Source: Patescibacteria group bacterium (GTDB lineage: Bacteria; Patescibacteriota; Minisyncoccia; UBA6257; UBA11618). Taken from it: a stretch of DNA of 64,000 nucleotides. Made by a program: the position numbers and the translations under genes. This document shows, piece by piece, positions 8,811 to 18,842 of this stretch (positions are counted from its first letter, which is position 1; each line of letters begins with the position of its first letter). Below the pieces are notes generated by a model. That model had not been told where the DNA came from and did not search any database. It saw only the letters and a list, made by a program, of their open reading frames with translations. The stretch spans positions 2,332 to 66,331 of the forward strand of contig JBDRBW010000008.1 in NCBI GenBank assembly GCA_043822345.1. Reading direction: 5' to 3'.

Positions 8811-9103
8811 TTTTAATCTAAGTCTTTAGTCCCGGTGGAGTTTTCTCGCAGGCGGCGCTACATAATAATGAATATCCCATTAGCTCCAGTGGCGGCTCTA
8901 GTAGTAATTCTCCTTAGTAATTAAAAACAGCCGGGTATAGTACTACCATCCGGTTGTTTTAATTGTTTTACTATCGAGATTGCAAAATATTCATTAGTGT
9001 ATTTTAATAGAGGTGTACTTTGACAGACCCGCCGCCGCCAACCTGCCTTTGCATAAAGCTACGGCAAGGTGAAGGGCTAAGGCGGGCAAAGAAGGAGAAC
9101 GAG

Positions 9104-10219
9104 ATGAAAAAGCAGTGTTCGCATGACTTGCAAGAGATGATTACCACCGTTGTCAAACCCATTGAAACCGCCTTACACGATTTTATTGTTGGCCAGGAGG
9201 AAGCCGTCCACCATACCCTTTTATCATTATTGTCTGTGGGACAGCGTGATTTTAATGTTAAAGAAAAAAAACCATTCTCCGGCTGTGGCCATATTTTGTT
9301 TATCGGGCCGACCGGTAGCGCAAAAACGGTTTTGTGCAAGAAACTAGCTTCTCTCATTGGGGGAGACTATAAACGGGTACAGGGAACGCCCGACCTATTA
9401 GCCACCGATATCACCGGTTTTGAATTACTGACGCTTCGTCCCGGTGTGGATGAAACTCTAAAATTTCGCGAAGGGCCGATTTTTGCCAATATTCTTCTAT
9501 TTGACGAGGTTAATCGTGTTCCACCGAAAGCCAACGCCGGCCCATTGGAGGCGATGGCTGAAGGCACGGTTACTCATGCTAATCAGACCTATAAATTACC
9601 CGAACCGTTTTTAGTTTTGGCGAACATGAATCCCAGCGAACAAGGCGGCACTTTCCAGCTTCACGAGGCCTTTAGCGACCGAATTTTGTTTTGTGTGTTG
9701 ATGGACGAAGCTACCGAAGATGAGCACGTGGCCATCGCCCGCAAAACTGAAAAACTGGAAGAGATGAGTTTTGACTCGGTTACCACTCCCGAAATCATGA
9801 ACGGAATCCGTATGTTAATTTTTCACCAAGTTAGAGAAACCGATGAGGTGTTGAGGTATATTGCCAGAATTAATTGCTCGGTTAATAATCCGCGCTCTCT
9901 AGGTTTGTTTGCTAAAGAAAGAGCGGAATTGGGTTCGGGATCATTGTTTCTTCAGCGGCCGCCGCTTAATCCCCGGACAACAATCTTTTTACGGGGAGCG
10001 GCTAGAGCGCAGGCGGCGCTGAATTACCGTGACTATGTAATACCTGATGACATACGGGCGGTTTTACCCGCTGTCTTACGTAGCCGGCTTAGCTTGTTGA
10101 CCGAGGGAGCTCTGTTTGCCTTAACTAGCGAGGATGGTGATTTAATGTACCGTGATCGGCAGGATTTGGTAAGCGGCTTGATTAGGGAAGTTAAGAATAA
10201 AGTGCCGGTGGTGGTATGA
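9104..10219 (+). CDS. MoxR-family AAA+ ATPase (start moved to the RBS-supported ATG)
   Basis: Walker A GPTGSAKT, LLFDEVNR sensor region, AAA_3-like layout. aaggagaacgagATG sits at 9104. Confidence 0.85.
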   Translation: MKKQCSHDLQEMITTVVKPIETALHDFIVGQEEAVHHTLLSLLSVGQRDFNVKEKKPFSGCGHILFIGPTGSAKTVLCKKLASLIGGDYKRVQGTPDLLATDITGFELLTLRPGVDETLKFREGPIFANILLFDEVNRVPPKANAGPLEAMAEGTVTHANQTYKLPEPFLVLANMNPSEQGGTFQLHEAFSDRILFCVLMDEATEDEHVAIARKTEKLEEMSFDSVTTPEIMNGIRMLIFHQVRETDEVLRYIARINCSVNNPRSLGLFAKERAELGSGSLFLQRPPLNPRTTIFLRGAARAQAALNYRDYVIPDDIRAVLPAVLRSRLSLLTEGALFALTSEDGDLMYRDRQDLVSGLIREVKNKVPVVV

Positions 10220-11097
10220 AAAAAGAAAACAAGAAAACCCGTAGAATAGAGCCGCTGGTTGCCAAGTATATCAACGACTTTCGAATCGGTAGTCATCGTA
10301 GTTTACGGCGTGGCTGGGGAGGCGACTTTGATGCTGTACAGCCGTGGCAGGCGGGAGACCGGCGCGTCCATATGCCGGCCACCGCCCGCACTGGCGAGGT
10401 TCAGGCCAAGGTTTTTCAAGAACCTAAGCAGTTGAGTATTTGGGTATTGGTTGATGTCAGCCGCTCTATGTCTTTTGGCGCCGAAATGGCCAAAAACGAG
10501 GCGACAGTTGTTTTACTAGCTTGCTTGGAGATGTCGGCAAATAAAGTGGGCGATCTGCTTGGCCTAATGGTTTTTACCGATAATATTATTAGGATTAATC
10601 AGCCGGCTCAAAATGCAGCTGTCGCCAAAGAAATGGCTAAATTGATTTTTGACTGTGAGATACCGGTGGCCGAAACTAGTTTACTCCTGCCACTGGAAAG
10701 GTTAATATACACCGGCGTTAACCATTCTCTTGTGGTGATAATTTCCGATTTCTTTTTTTCTCTAGGTGAAAAAGAGATGGGTTTGATGAGGCAGTTGAGC
10801 GCCAGTCCCGGCGTGGTGGTGCTTTCCTTAGTCCTTTGTGATCATCAGGAAGCATCTCATCCGCTTCACGGATTTCTAGCTGATACGCACGATGCGGAAA
10901 ATGACCGCTCGTTGACGTGGGATTTATCTTCTGGGGCGTTAGCTAAAGCTGAGGCGAAACAATTTGACCAGTGGCAGAAAGATATTGCCATTCAGCTTCG
11001 CCAAGCTAATTCCGAATGTGTCTTTCTTGATATCTCCGATAATTTTGTTAGGCGATTGGCGAGGTATTTCGTCAAAAAACAGCAGTATGCTGTCTAA
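10216..11097 (+). CDS. DUF58-family protein (MoxR partner, vWA-like)
   Basis: Carries the GxxRSxRRGxGxDFxxxQPWQxGDxxR DUF58 signature. ATGA overlap with the moxR stop. Confidence 0.75.
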   Translation: MKKENKKTRRIEPLVAKYINDFRIGSHRSLRRGWGGDFDAVQPWQAGDRRVHMPATARTGEVQAKVFQEPKQLSIWVLVDVSRSMSFGAEMAKNEATVVLLACLEMSANKVGDLLGLMVFTDNIIRINQPAQNAAVAKEMAKLIFDCEIPVAETSLLLPLERLIYTGVNHSLVVIISDFFFSLGEKEMGLMRQLSASPGVVVLSLVLCDHQEASHPLHGFLADTHDAENDRSLTWDLSSGALAKAEAKQFDQWQKDIAIQLRQANSECVFLDISDNFVRRLARYFVKKQQYAV

Positions 11098-11145
11098 TCC
11101 CCACTAAGTCAGACTTGGTGGGGATTGTTTTTTTTGCGATTATTT
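11098..11145 (+). terminator. Intrinsic terminator after the DUF58 gene
   Basis: Reads tccccactaag-tcagac-cttggtgggga followed by T8. Confidence 0.45.
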
Positions 11146-11194
11146 TATACCCTAATGATAGTTTCTTTGAAATTCTCATAAGAAGGGAGAAAGA

Positions 11195-12919
11195 ATGAAA
11201 AAACGACTTATTGGCGTGGTGTTGTTCGCGTTGGGCTTCTACTCAATGGCGATGGCGCAGCCACCGCCGCTAGAGGATATGGAGTTTGGCGATGAACCGC
11301 CGGTGGTGGCCCCAAAACCCGATCTGGAACCAATTTTATCAGAAACCCTAGTTGACGAAAATACCCCCAAAAGATACCGAGTGGCTGATTTTTACTATTA
11401 CACCGATGTCGGTAAGGTTAATGGCCTCCCTCTAACTAATCGTCTGATGTTGATTTTTGAACCTCAGTGGCAAAAAAGCGGGAAACAAGGTGAATATCTT
11501 GAACGGTTTCACGAGCAGATTGCTCCGATTAGCAACATTAGCCACGAAAACCATTGGGTTGTCGTTGAGCTTGACGTCAATAATCACTCCAAAGATCACG
11601 TGAGCTACATTGTTCGTAAATTGACCGAAATTTCTGTGTTTGAGGAGAAGATTCTCAAAGAAAAAGTTACCACCGCCTTGCCGATTGTGGTTATCGGCGG
11701 TCAGGACTGCTATCCCACTAACGAAATCTTTATCAAAACCAAAAGCCCGATTACCCTTGATTTACTTCGTCAGCGGTTACAGTCCAAAACTCAGCCAGTG
11801 GGCGAGTTTCGGATAGCCGCTTTGAGCGCTGGTGAAGAAGGGCGAACTTATTATCTTACCGTTGCCGATTTAGAGTGGCCACCCAATCCGTTGGTGCTGG
11901 CCAATCTACTTAGCGAACAGCCGTGGGTGGAGTTTGCTCAAGTGCTTTTTCAGCCGCTTGACCGGCCGATCAAGGCCACTCTTGAGATTCTTCCCAACGG
12001 TTCGCCGACATTAGGTGAAAAGCGTTATTTGGTGTTAACGGTCAATATTTTCGATCCCAGTTACAAGCTAAATGTTGATTTACTGCCACAGCTAGGTAGG
12101 GGAGAGTTTATGCCCCACAATACGCGTAGTAGTCAGATGATTGATCAGGTTTTCTTTTATGTTGAGGAAATGCAGGTAACGGAACAAGAAGAACGAGGAA
12201 AAAGAAAAATTACCGTTACTTGGCCATTTTATGTTTATCAGCCAGGTACTTACCAAATTCCAGAAATTGAGGTGCCTTATCTCATCAGGAGCGCGGCAAT
12301 AGAAAGCGTTAAAACTTTGAAGGTCATCCCGCAGTTTTTAATGGTTAATAGCGTTATCCAGAACTCGCCACAGTTAATTGAGGATATTCAGCCGATGCGA
12401 TTTTATTCTCTAGCTGATGTAGCCAATAGCCCAAAAAGCGCTGAAGCAGAGGGAGCAATCCCTTGGTGGAAGTGTGACAAGTGGTTAGTTGGCGTAGTAG
12501 CGCTCTCGTTTGGCTGGTTAATTGTTTTTCTAGTATCCGCCCTTTTCTGTTATCGCCTAGTCAAGTTTTTCAAATTCAAACTTAATATTTGGCGGGGACG
12601 GAGAGCGATATTAAGCGAGTTGAGACAAGCGGCCAGATTGGTGCGTAAAAATGGTTTTGCCGGTTACGCTTTGGCAGAGCGCTGTTTACGCAAGGTGATG
12701 GTAGAATTTCTTGGTCTCTCGTACAATACTTCGTTCCAAGAGATGAAATTAAAACCGAAAACAGATCTTAATAAATATCTTGTTGATTGCCTAGAAGAGT
12801 TTGAGCAACAGTGTATTCCTGGCTATGAGCCGGAAAAAGACACTACCAGCGCGCTGGCGTTCCAACTTAGACGTATTACCCAATTAGCCAAAGGCAAAGG
12901 AGATAGTGATGACGATTAA
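11195..12919 (+). CDS. BatD-like protein (signal peptide, large periplasmic region, single C-terminal TM, cytoplasmic tail)
   Basis: Topology and length (574 aa) match BatD, and the gene sits in a MoxR/vWA operon. Assignment is by context. Confidence 0.45.
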   Translation: MKKRLIGVVLFALGFYSMAMAQPPPLEDMEFGDEPPVVAPKPDLEPILSETLVDENTPKRYRVADFYYYTDVGKVNGLPLTNRLMLIFEPQWQKSGKQGEYLERFHEQIAPISNISHENHWVVVELDVNNHSKDHVSYIVRKLTEISVFEEKILKEKVTTALPIVVIGGQDCYPTNEIFIKTKSPITLDLLRQRLQSKTQPVGEFRIAALSAGEEGRTYYLTVADLEWPPNPLVLANLLSEQPWVEFAQVLFQPLDRPIKATLEILPNGSPTLGEKRYLVLTVNIFDPSYKLNVDLLPQLGRGEFMPHNTRSSQMIDQVFFYVEEMQVTEQEERGKRKITVTWPFYVYQPGTYQIPEIEVPYLIRSAAIESVKTLKVIPQFLMVNSVIQNSPQLIEDIQPMRFYSLADVANSPKSAEAEGAIPWWKCDKWLVGVVALSFGWLIVFLVSALFCYRLVKFFKFKLNIWRGRRAILSELRQAARLVRKNGFAGYALAERCLRKVMVEFLGLSYNTSFQEMKLKPKTDLNKYLVDCLEEFEQQCIPGYEPEKDTTSALAFQLRRITQLAKGKGDSDDD

Positions 12920-14045
12920 TCACTCCTGGATGTTACTGCTACTGACGTTGTTGGCGGCGGTAATAATCTTGCGGAGGCAAAAATATTTCATTCGCCGCTC
13001 GACTATCGGCCCGTTGGTCAAAGCAGTAAAGCAATATAAGGGGAGGATTAGCTTTAAAAAGCTCCTCCCTTATTTCTTATTTGCGCCAGCAATTACTTTG
13101 CTTATTATGGCGGCCGCTGATTTCTCTATCGGCACGCAAAAGAAGTTTAAAAAGTATCTGGTTCACAACTACATTCTTATTGATGACAGTTCGGGGTCAA
13201 TGACCAATGCTGGCGGTCACTATGATGAGGAAAAAGATGAATGGGTTCAAAACAAGATTAGTGAAAATATCGCTTCATTGATAGCGGGTAATAAAGCGCT
13301 TTTGGAGGAGTTGAAACAAGCTCCTCGGGAAAGTAATGAGCGTGACTTGGTAGGCGTGGTGGTTTTTTCCAATGACGCTTTTGTGGTTTCTTATCCTACC
13401 AGCGATTATGACAATCTTGCTAAAAAGATTGATCTAGTATCTTGGAACCAAAGCCCATTAGGAGGCGGTACCGAGGTTGAGGATGCTTTATGGGTAGCGA
13501 TTACGATGATTGTCAAGCGCAATGGTAGGGCGGGAGGCGCCTGCTTTATTGAGGGCGAGCTGGATAGTTTGGATCGGCGAATGAAAGGCCAAGCTGGCCC
13601 GTTGGTGTTAACTAAGGAGTTAGAGCGGAAAGCTGGGTTAATTGCCCAGGAAATTAATGGAACTGCTTTTGTTATTTTCACCGATGGCGAATTCTACGAT
13701 TATGGTGAGCGCGCCGATCAACTCTCAACCACTAAGTTGTTGCAATTTTGCCAACGGCTGGGAATTCGCGTTTATCTCATTAGTACTAACATCGCTCATA
13801 CCAATATTACTTTGTTGATTAGAAAAACCGGCGGGCGGGTGGAATTTATCAAGAGCGTTCGTGACACGGAAAAACTGAAAGGTATCTATGCTGATATTGC
13901 CCAACAACAGGCCCATGAATACGTCGTTGAGGATAAGGAGGAGAAAAAATCGCTCCACCTTTTCCTCGGTATTCCCGGATTCTGCTTGCTTTTTTTGTGG
14001 TTATTGGTTAGAAATACGGTGAGCCGTTCTTTGACAGAGTCATGA
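12906..14045 (+). CDS. vWA-domain membrane protein (BatA/BatB-like)
   Basis: N-terminal TMs, MIDAS motif LIDDSSGSM, C-terminal TM. Confidence 0.7.
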   Translation: MMTINHSWMLLLLTLLAAVIILRRQKYFIRRSTIGPLVKAVKQYKGRISFKKLLPYFLFAPAITLLIMAAADFSIGTQKKFKKYLVHNYILIDDSSGSMTNAGGHYDEEKDEWVQNKISENIASLIAGNKALLEELKQAPRESNERDLVGVVVFSNDAFVVSYPTSDYDNLAKKIDLVSWNQSPLGGGTEVEDALWVAITMIVKRNGRAGGACFIEGELDSLDRRMKGQAGPLVLTKELERKAGLIAQEINGTAFVIFTDGEFYDYGERADQLSTTKLLQFCQRLGIRVYLISTNIAHTNITLLIRKTGGRVEFIKSVRDTEKLKGIYADIAQQQAHEYVVEDKEEKKSLHLFLGIPGFCLLFLWLLVRNTVSRSLTES

Positions 14046-14047
14046 TC

Positions 14048-14105
14048 GTCATTCTGAGCTTTGCGAAGAATCTTTAAAAGATCCTTCACTTACATTCAGG
14101 ATGAC
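14048..14105. repeat. Family-1 palindromic intergenic element (gtcattctgag ... gaagaatctttaaaagatccttc ... ttcaggatgac)
   Basis: It has outer inverted repeats plus a central palindrome, and lies immediately upstream of the RBS of the 14122 gene. Confidence 0.7.
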
Positions 14106-14121
14106 TTTCAAAAGGAGGTGA

Positions 14122-14868
14122 ATGATGAAAAACTTTTTGCGATTTTTGCTAGTAATCGCGGTCGCCGCCTCGCTAGGCGGTGGTTGGTGGCTAATAGAAC
14201 AGGATAAGGTTGAGAAACAGCAAGCCAGCGTGGAAAATGAAGTCGACCGTTATGAAAAACTAGTGAATCAACTCTATAGTCAATTGTCGCAAGCAAACCA
14301 ACTGGATAATTTACAGCTAATAGAGCAGAGTATCAAGCAGTTGAAAAAAGAAGACGAAAGGGAATTGAGGCCGCAACTGGATTTGGCTTTCGCCGAGTAC
14401 TATTTTCAAGAAGCGGAAGATAACATTTTCCGCGCCCGTTCTATCATAGAAGCCACCGGCGAGTCAGCAGAAAAAGACGGCGTCAATGTAATCGCCGACC
14501 AATATATTAATCGGGCCTTTGATTATTATCGCCAAGCTAAAGAGAAGATTGATGCTCTGCCGGAAATAGTGGGAAATGACGGTTACAACTTTCACCTCTA
14601 TTATACCAAGGGCAACATCTATTTTCGTTATCTTTTGCTGATGGCTCAGCGTGAAGAGGCGCTGGAAATTTTCAACCAAACCGCCCAATCGTGGGGAACG
14701 GCATTGCGCTTTAAGGAAAAAGATCTTGATACGGAAATGAATTTGGAGATGCTTAATATTAAAAAACAACAGGCGTTGCAAAACGCCAGCCATGGCCAAC
14801 GTCAGCGGGTAAAACTTTTGCCTCAACAGCCCAACAAGAGCAGGGGAGGCAATCATGGAGTTATTTAG
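14122..14868 (+). CDS. Membrane-anchored helical-repeat (TPR-like) protein, BatC-like by operon context
   Basis: N-terminal TM, then alpha-helical repeats. Lies between two vWA genes. Confidence 0.4.
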   Translation: MMKNFLRFLLVIAVAASLGGGWWLIEQDKVEKQQASVENEVDRYEKLVNQLYSQLSQANQLDNLQLIEQSIKQLKKEDERELRPQLDLAFAEYYFQEAEDNIFRARSIIEATGESAEKDGVNVIADQYINRAFDYYRQAKEKIDALPEIVGNDGYNFHLYYTKGNIYFRYLLLMAQREEALEIFNQTAQSWGTALRFKEKDLDTEMNLEMLNIKKQQALQNASHGQRQRVKLLPQQPNKSRGGNHGVI

Positions 14869-15928
14869 CATCCATCAGCCGATTTGGCTCTATCTGCTTT
14901 GGGCAATACCGGTGTTTTTACTAGTATTCGCTCTTTCTTGCCGAAAGTTTTATCTGTTTGACAAGCAACTGTCGCAAAAACCTTATCTCTACCAAAGAAA
15001 ATTACCGCCTTGGCGCCATCGTATTGCCAAGGCGTTGTTTTATGTTCTGGGTATGGCGATGGTGGTCGTGGCTTTAGCCGATCCCCATTATCAGAAAATG
15101 GTGCCCGAAAACATCTATAAAGGCGTGCGCATCTATTTTCTTTTTGATGTCTCCCGCTCAATGGTGATGGGTGAGGATGTTAGGCCCAGTCGAATGGCGG
15201 CCGCCAAAGAGGAAATTAGGGTTGCCTACGACCGCTTCGGCGGCGCCTATGAGGTGGCGCTTATTCCTTTTGCCGATGAAGCCAATGCTTATTACCATCC
15301 GCCGTCGTTTGATGTCCAAAACTTTTATATTGCCCTCAACGAACTGGACGAAGACACCATATCTTTGCCGGGCACTAATTTGGTGAATGCTTTTGGAGCG
15401 CTTAACCAACTAGTGGCCGATTTCGGCCTGCGTCCGGATACGGTTAATATCGTTGTTCTGCTGTCTGATGGCGGTAAAGAGAAATGGGCGTCCGCTGACC
15501 ATTTTGCTCTGCAAAAAGAAATAGACGAACTATTGAAAGCCGAGGGCCGATTCGTTATCTACGCCGTTGGTGTTGGCGGCAATCAACCGACCCCGATGGT
15601 CATCAGGGATCAGGGTGGTAATTTTGTCGGCTACCTGCGTGATGATGATACTGGACAGATTTACACATCTCAACTTGACGAAGAAACACTCAAGCTCGTT
15701 GCTCGCCGCGGCGGCGGTGAATACCAACGCTTTGAAAAGCAAGGTGAACTAAGCGCTATGCTTCAAAAAGTAATAGAAGAAAACAGCCAACTGCTGAATG
15801 TTACCTATTACCACCAAGACCAGCCGATCCGTCTCTGGTTCTTCCTCGCCGGCACTTTGATATTTTTATTTGGAGAGACATCTTTTTTAACAATAAAGAG
15901 AAAACAATATAACAATTTAACAATATAG
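14855..15928 (+). CDS. vWA-domain membrane protein (BatB-like)
   Basis: FLFDVSRSMV MIDAS motif, N-terminal and C-terminal TMs. Confidence 0.7.
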   Translation: MELFSIHQPIWLYLLWAIPVFLLVFALSCRKFYLFDKQLSQKPYLYQRKLPPWRHRIAKALFYVLGMAMVVVALADPHYQKMVPENIYKGVRIYFLFDVSRSMVMGEDVRPSRMAAAKEEIRVAYDRFGGAYEVALIPFADEANAYYHPPSFDVQNFYIALNELDEDTISLPGTNLVNAFGALNQLVADFGLRPDTVNIVVLLSDGGKEKWASADHFALQKEIDELLKAEGRFVIYAVGVGGNQPTPMVIRDQGGNFVGYLRDDDTGQIYTSQLDEETLKLVARRGGGEYQRFEKQGELSAMLQKVIEENSQLLNVTYYHQDQPIRLWFFLAGTLIFLFGETSFLTIKRKQYNNLTI

Positions 15929-15936
15929 AAATTAAA

Positions 15937-15966
15937 AAATCTCTGACAAGGTCAGAGATTTTTTCT
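15937..15966 (+). terminator. Intrinsic terminator at the end of the Bat-like operon
   Basis: Reads aatctctgac-aag-gtcagagatt followed by TTTTTT. Confidence 0.6.
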
Positions 15967-16105
15967 ATTTAGGCCGAATCTTCGGCGGATTTTTATTGTC
16001 ATCGGGTGGTGGCGGTGGCGCTACCGGCGGCGTCGTTGATGGCGGCGCTACCGGTGGCGGTTTTGGCGTCACTAGTTTCAAAATTAATGTTTTTGGCTTA
16101 CCAAA

Positions 16106-17143
16106 TCAGTCAATCTCAAACTTAAACTTTTTGCTATTGTCGGTTTCCAGATATAGCATCCGGTAAAGGTCAACTAAATCAACCGATTTGCCGTTATAGG
16201 AGATGATAACATCTCCCGGCATAAACCCCGCTTGATCGGCGGCGGCGTACTGTTTAACCCTAGTTACCATTACCCCCGCCTTTGGCGGCCGCGCCTGAAT
16301 ACCGAGACGATTCAATTCAAATTCACAGAGGTGATTATTATATTCAAAAGTAATTGCCGCTTGCTGATAATTGTTTAAATCTCGAATATCTTGAACGGGC
16401 AGTAAAATGTGCTGCACCTTGCCGCCTTTATTCAGAGCGGGTAGAAGTTTTTTTATATCGTCAATGGGGACTGCTAAAGAAAAATAATTAGGTCCGCCGG
16501 TCATTGCGGTAACGATACCTATTGTCATACCATTAGCATCTAACAATAGGCCACCTGAACTGCCTCGATTAATCATGGCATCAAAAACGATTACTTGCGG
16601 CTGTAGACGAGCGCCACCGAAGCCAGACCAAAGGTGGTTAATTCTGCCGGTACTTATAGTCCACTTCAGTATGGGCGACGGTAGACCAATATGAGCTACT
16701 TCTTGGCCAATTTTTAATGACGTTGACGATCCCAATTTCCCAACAGCAATATTTTTAACTGCTTTTTGGTCAATGAATCTAAGTAGGGCAACATCAAGTA
16801 CAAAATCGTAACCAACTATCTCCAAATTTTCCGGCTTCCTTTCCACAGAGCGAAAATGAGCGGTCAGCGATTGAATATTTTTAACATCATCAGCCGAATT
16901 AATTATATGGGAGACAGTAAGCACTCTTTTTTCTTTGTGGTCTACATCATCAAAAATCATTCCCGAAGCATATTCCAAAACTAACTGTGGCGGCCTACCC
17001 GGAGGAGTTGGAATTGACTTAACAGTCTTGATTTGAATCACATAATCGGCTTGATCAAAAATATCGGTGTAAACATCGGCAAAAGCAATTGGCGAGAAAA
17101 TAACAATTAAAAGCAGAGAAGATAGTAGGCGTTTCGTTTTCAT
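16106..17143 (-). CDS. Secreted trypsin-like serine protease (S1C/HtrA-like) with a C-terminal PDZ-like domain
   Basis: Signal peptide, a His-containing segment, GSSGG catalytic Ser motif, RBS aaggaga. Confidence 0.7.
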   Translation of the reverse strand: MKTKRLLSSLLLIVIFSPIAFADVYTDIFDQADYVIQIKTVKSIPTPPGRPPQLVLEYASGMIFDDVDHKEKRVLTVSHIINSADDVKNIQSLTAHFRSVERKPENLEIVGYDFVLDVALLRFIDQKAVKNIAVGKLGSSTSLKIGQEVAHIGLPSPILKWTISTGRINHLWSGFGGARLQPQVIVFDAMINRGSSGGLLLDANGMTIGIVTAMTGGPNYFSLAVPIDDIKKLLPALNKGGKVQHILLPVQDIRDLNNYQQAAITFEYNNHLCEFELNRLGIQARPPKAGVMVTRVKQYAAADQAGFMPGDVIISYNGKSVDLVDLYRMLYLETDNSKKFKFEID

Positions 17144-17163
17144 TTCACATTCTCCTTACTTAG

Positions 17164-17286
17164 TCATCCTGCCGCCCACAAGGGCGAGCCTCGCCTTCGG
17201 CGGGAGCATAGTCGAAGGATCTTTAAAAGATTCTTCCTGCCCGCAAGTGCTACAGCGTTGCAGGCGGGCATTCCATTCAGAATGAC
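17164..17286. repeat. Family-1 composite palindromic element (long form with two GC sub-hairpins)
   Basis: Reads gtcatcctg...gaaggatctttaaaagattcttc...cattcagaatgac. One sub-module is the reverse complement of a module in the 38428-38536 copy. Confidence 0.7.
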
Positions 17287-17324
17287 GACTATGTAATTAT
17301 CAAACAACTACCCCCACTCTAATA

Positions 17325-17347
17325 TAAAACCCCCTACAAGTATAGGG
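17325..17347 (-). terminator. Intrinsic terminator downstream of the protease gene at 17358-18539
   Basis: Reads cccccTacaagtataggggg with a T-run on the minus strand. Confidence 0.5.
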
Positions 17348-17357
17348 GGCGGAGTTG

Positions 17358-18539
17358 CTATTTGCTCTCCTCTGGATTATTGGAATCATCCGATGGCTTT
17401 GGCGCCACTGCCGGCAATTCGGGATTTGGATCGGACAGTAATAGCGGTAAAGTCATCTCAATGCCGTCGCGGTTGATTTTCAAGTCAAACTTCTTTTTAA
17501 GGTCAGCTTCTAAATAAAACGTCCGGTAAAGTTCAAACAAAACAGAATCGCTATTATCAGCCGGCAAAGTAACCGGTTTGCCATCACAAGCAAGAATAAT
17601 ATCACCGGGCTGGAAACCAACCTTAGCCGCTAACGTGTCATTAATTACCCTGGTTACCATTACTCCGGCAACCCTGGGTTTTTTGTTAATGTTACGGGCT
17701 TTCAGGTCAACTTCGTGAAAGCGGCTACTATAATCAAAACACATTTGTACTGAGCTATGCTGTATCTCACCGCCGTTTGCCTTTTTGAGGACGGGTAAGA
17801 GTCGTTTCACGTCATCAATGGGAATGGCGACACTGTAGATGTTAATTAAGGAAACCTCTCCAGTAAAGGGGTTGGCGTAAACAGCTCCCGGGTAGAGCAT
17901 TACATTAATGCCGACTACCTCGCCGTTGGTGTTTAATATGGGACTGCCGGAGTTGCCGCGATTAATCAATCCGTCATGAACAATGAGTTGCGGCTGGTCG
18001 GAGCCACTAAAAACATCATTAGGTCCGGCTAAAAAACTATTAACCTGTCCCACCGTCAACGTGTCTTTATACAAAGGTGATGGAAAACCAATACTGATTA
18101 TATCCTGGCCAATCTTGAGTTTAGCCGAAGAACCCAGAGTAGACATCGGTAATCCTTGAGCCGCTTTTGGATTAGCAAACTTAAGCAAAGCAACATCCAA
18201 GCGATGGTCGTAGCCAACCATCTTCAGTTCTACTGGTTCCCTGTCAAGCTGGCGAAAATAAGCGAGTATCTTTTTAATTGGCGGACCTTCGCCCTGATGC
18301 TCAATGTGGCCGGCGGTTAAAACCCAAATGCCATCATTGTCTTTAAAAATAAATCCGGAAAACATGCCCCAGCGCATTTCTTTTCCCATAGAACCATCCG
18401 GCTGTTGGACATCGTATTCTTGGCCGGCGGTGATGCAGATTACACTGTCGGTTTGCTGAAAAATCTTTTCATGTACAGGATCGGCGTAGGCCGATAGATT
18501 CATAACCAACAACAAAGCGATAGCCATTAAAGTTCTCAT
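17358..18539 (-). CDS. Secreted trypsin-like serine protease (S1C/HtrA-like) with PDZ-like domain; paralog of 16106-17143
   Basis: Signal peptide, GNSGSP catalytic motif, TAGHI His region, RBS aggagg. Confidence 0.75.
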   Translation of the reverse strand: MRTLMAIALLLVMNLSAYADPVHEKIFQQTDSVICITAGQEYDVQQPDGSMGKEMRWGMFSGFIFKDNDGIWVLTAGHIEHQGEGPPIKKILAYFRQLDREPVELKMVGYDHRLDVALLKFANPKAAQGLPMSTLGSSAKLKIGQDIISIGFPSPLYKDTLTVGQVNSFLAGPNDVFSGSDQPQLIVHDGLINRGNSGSPILNTNGEVVGINVMLYPGAVYANPFTGEVSLINIYSVAIPIDDVKRLLPVLKKANGGEIQHSSVQMCFDYSSRFHEVDLKARNINKKPRVAGVMVTRVINDTLAAKVGFQPGDIILACDGKPVTLPADNSDSVLFELYRTFYLEADLKKKFDLKINRDGIEMTLPLLLSDPNPELPAVAPKPSDDSNNPEESK

Positions 18540-18675
18540 TGCACTCCTCCTTTGGTTCGCCGAAGTTTTAACATAGGCGACCTTTCAACGTTCTAATTTA
18601 ACAATCTCACAGTGCCAATTATTACGTCAACCCCTACATTTTTCAAAAATTTGTGGTATAATATGGTCATAGTCG

Positions 18676-18720
18676 GGAGGGTTGGCAGAGCGGTTTAATG
18701 CAGCGGTCTTGCCACCGCCT
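18676..18720 (+). pseudogene. Orphan 5' half of a type-II (Ser-like) tRNA, with no matching 3' half
   Basis: GGAGGGTTGGCAGAGCGGTTTAATGCAGCGGTCTTGCCACCGC matches the 5' portion of the Ser tRNAs here (acceptor, D-arm, anticodon stem). It is preceded by an extended -10 (tgtggtataat). The hairpin repeats follow instead of a variable arm and T-arm. Confidence 0.4.
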
Positions 18721-18767
18721 TCGGCGGGGTCCCGCTTACCTTGATTTTGTAAAAGGTAATAGGCGGG
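18705..18767 (+). repeat. Two-hairpin structured repeat, copy 1
   Basis: Consensus GGTCTTGCC-ACCGCC-TTCG-GCGGGGT-CCCGCTTACCTT-(AT loop)-AGGTAGTAAGCGGG-AAAAACCGC. Four copies lie within ~700 bp. Confidence 0.6.
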
Positions 18768-18832
18768 CCACCGCCTACGGCGGGGTCCCACTTACCTTAT
18801 TTTTAAAAAAGTAGTAAGCGGGAAAAAACCGC
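18768..18832 (+). repeat. Two-hairpin structured repeat, copy 2 (fused to copy 1)
   Basis: Reads ccaccgcctacggcggggtcccacttacctt-atttttaaaaa-agtagtaagcgggaaaaaaccgc. Confidence 0.6.
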
Positions 18833-18842
18833 ATTCGTTATC

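Noticed and set aside
15970-16105. Pro-rich coding potential downstream of the protease stop as a separate gene
   Set aside because: No start codon or RBS. More likely a frameshifted remnant of the protease C-terminus.
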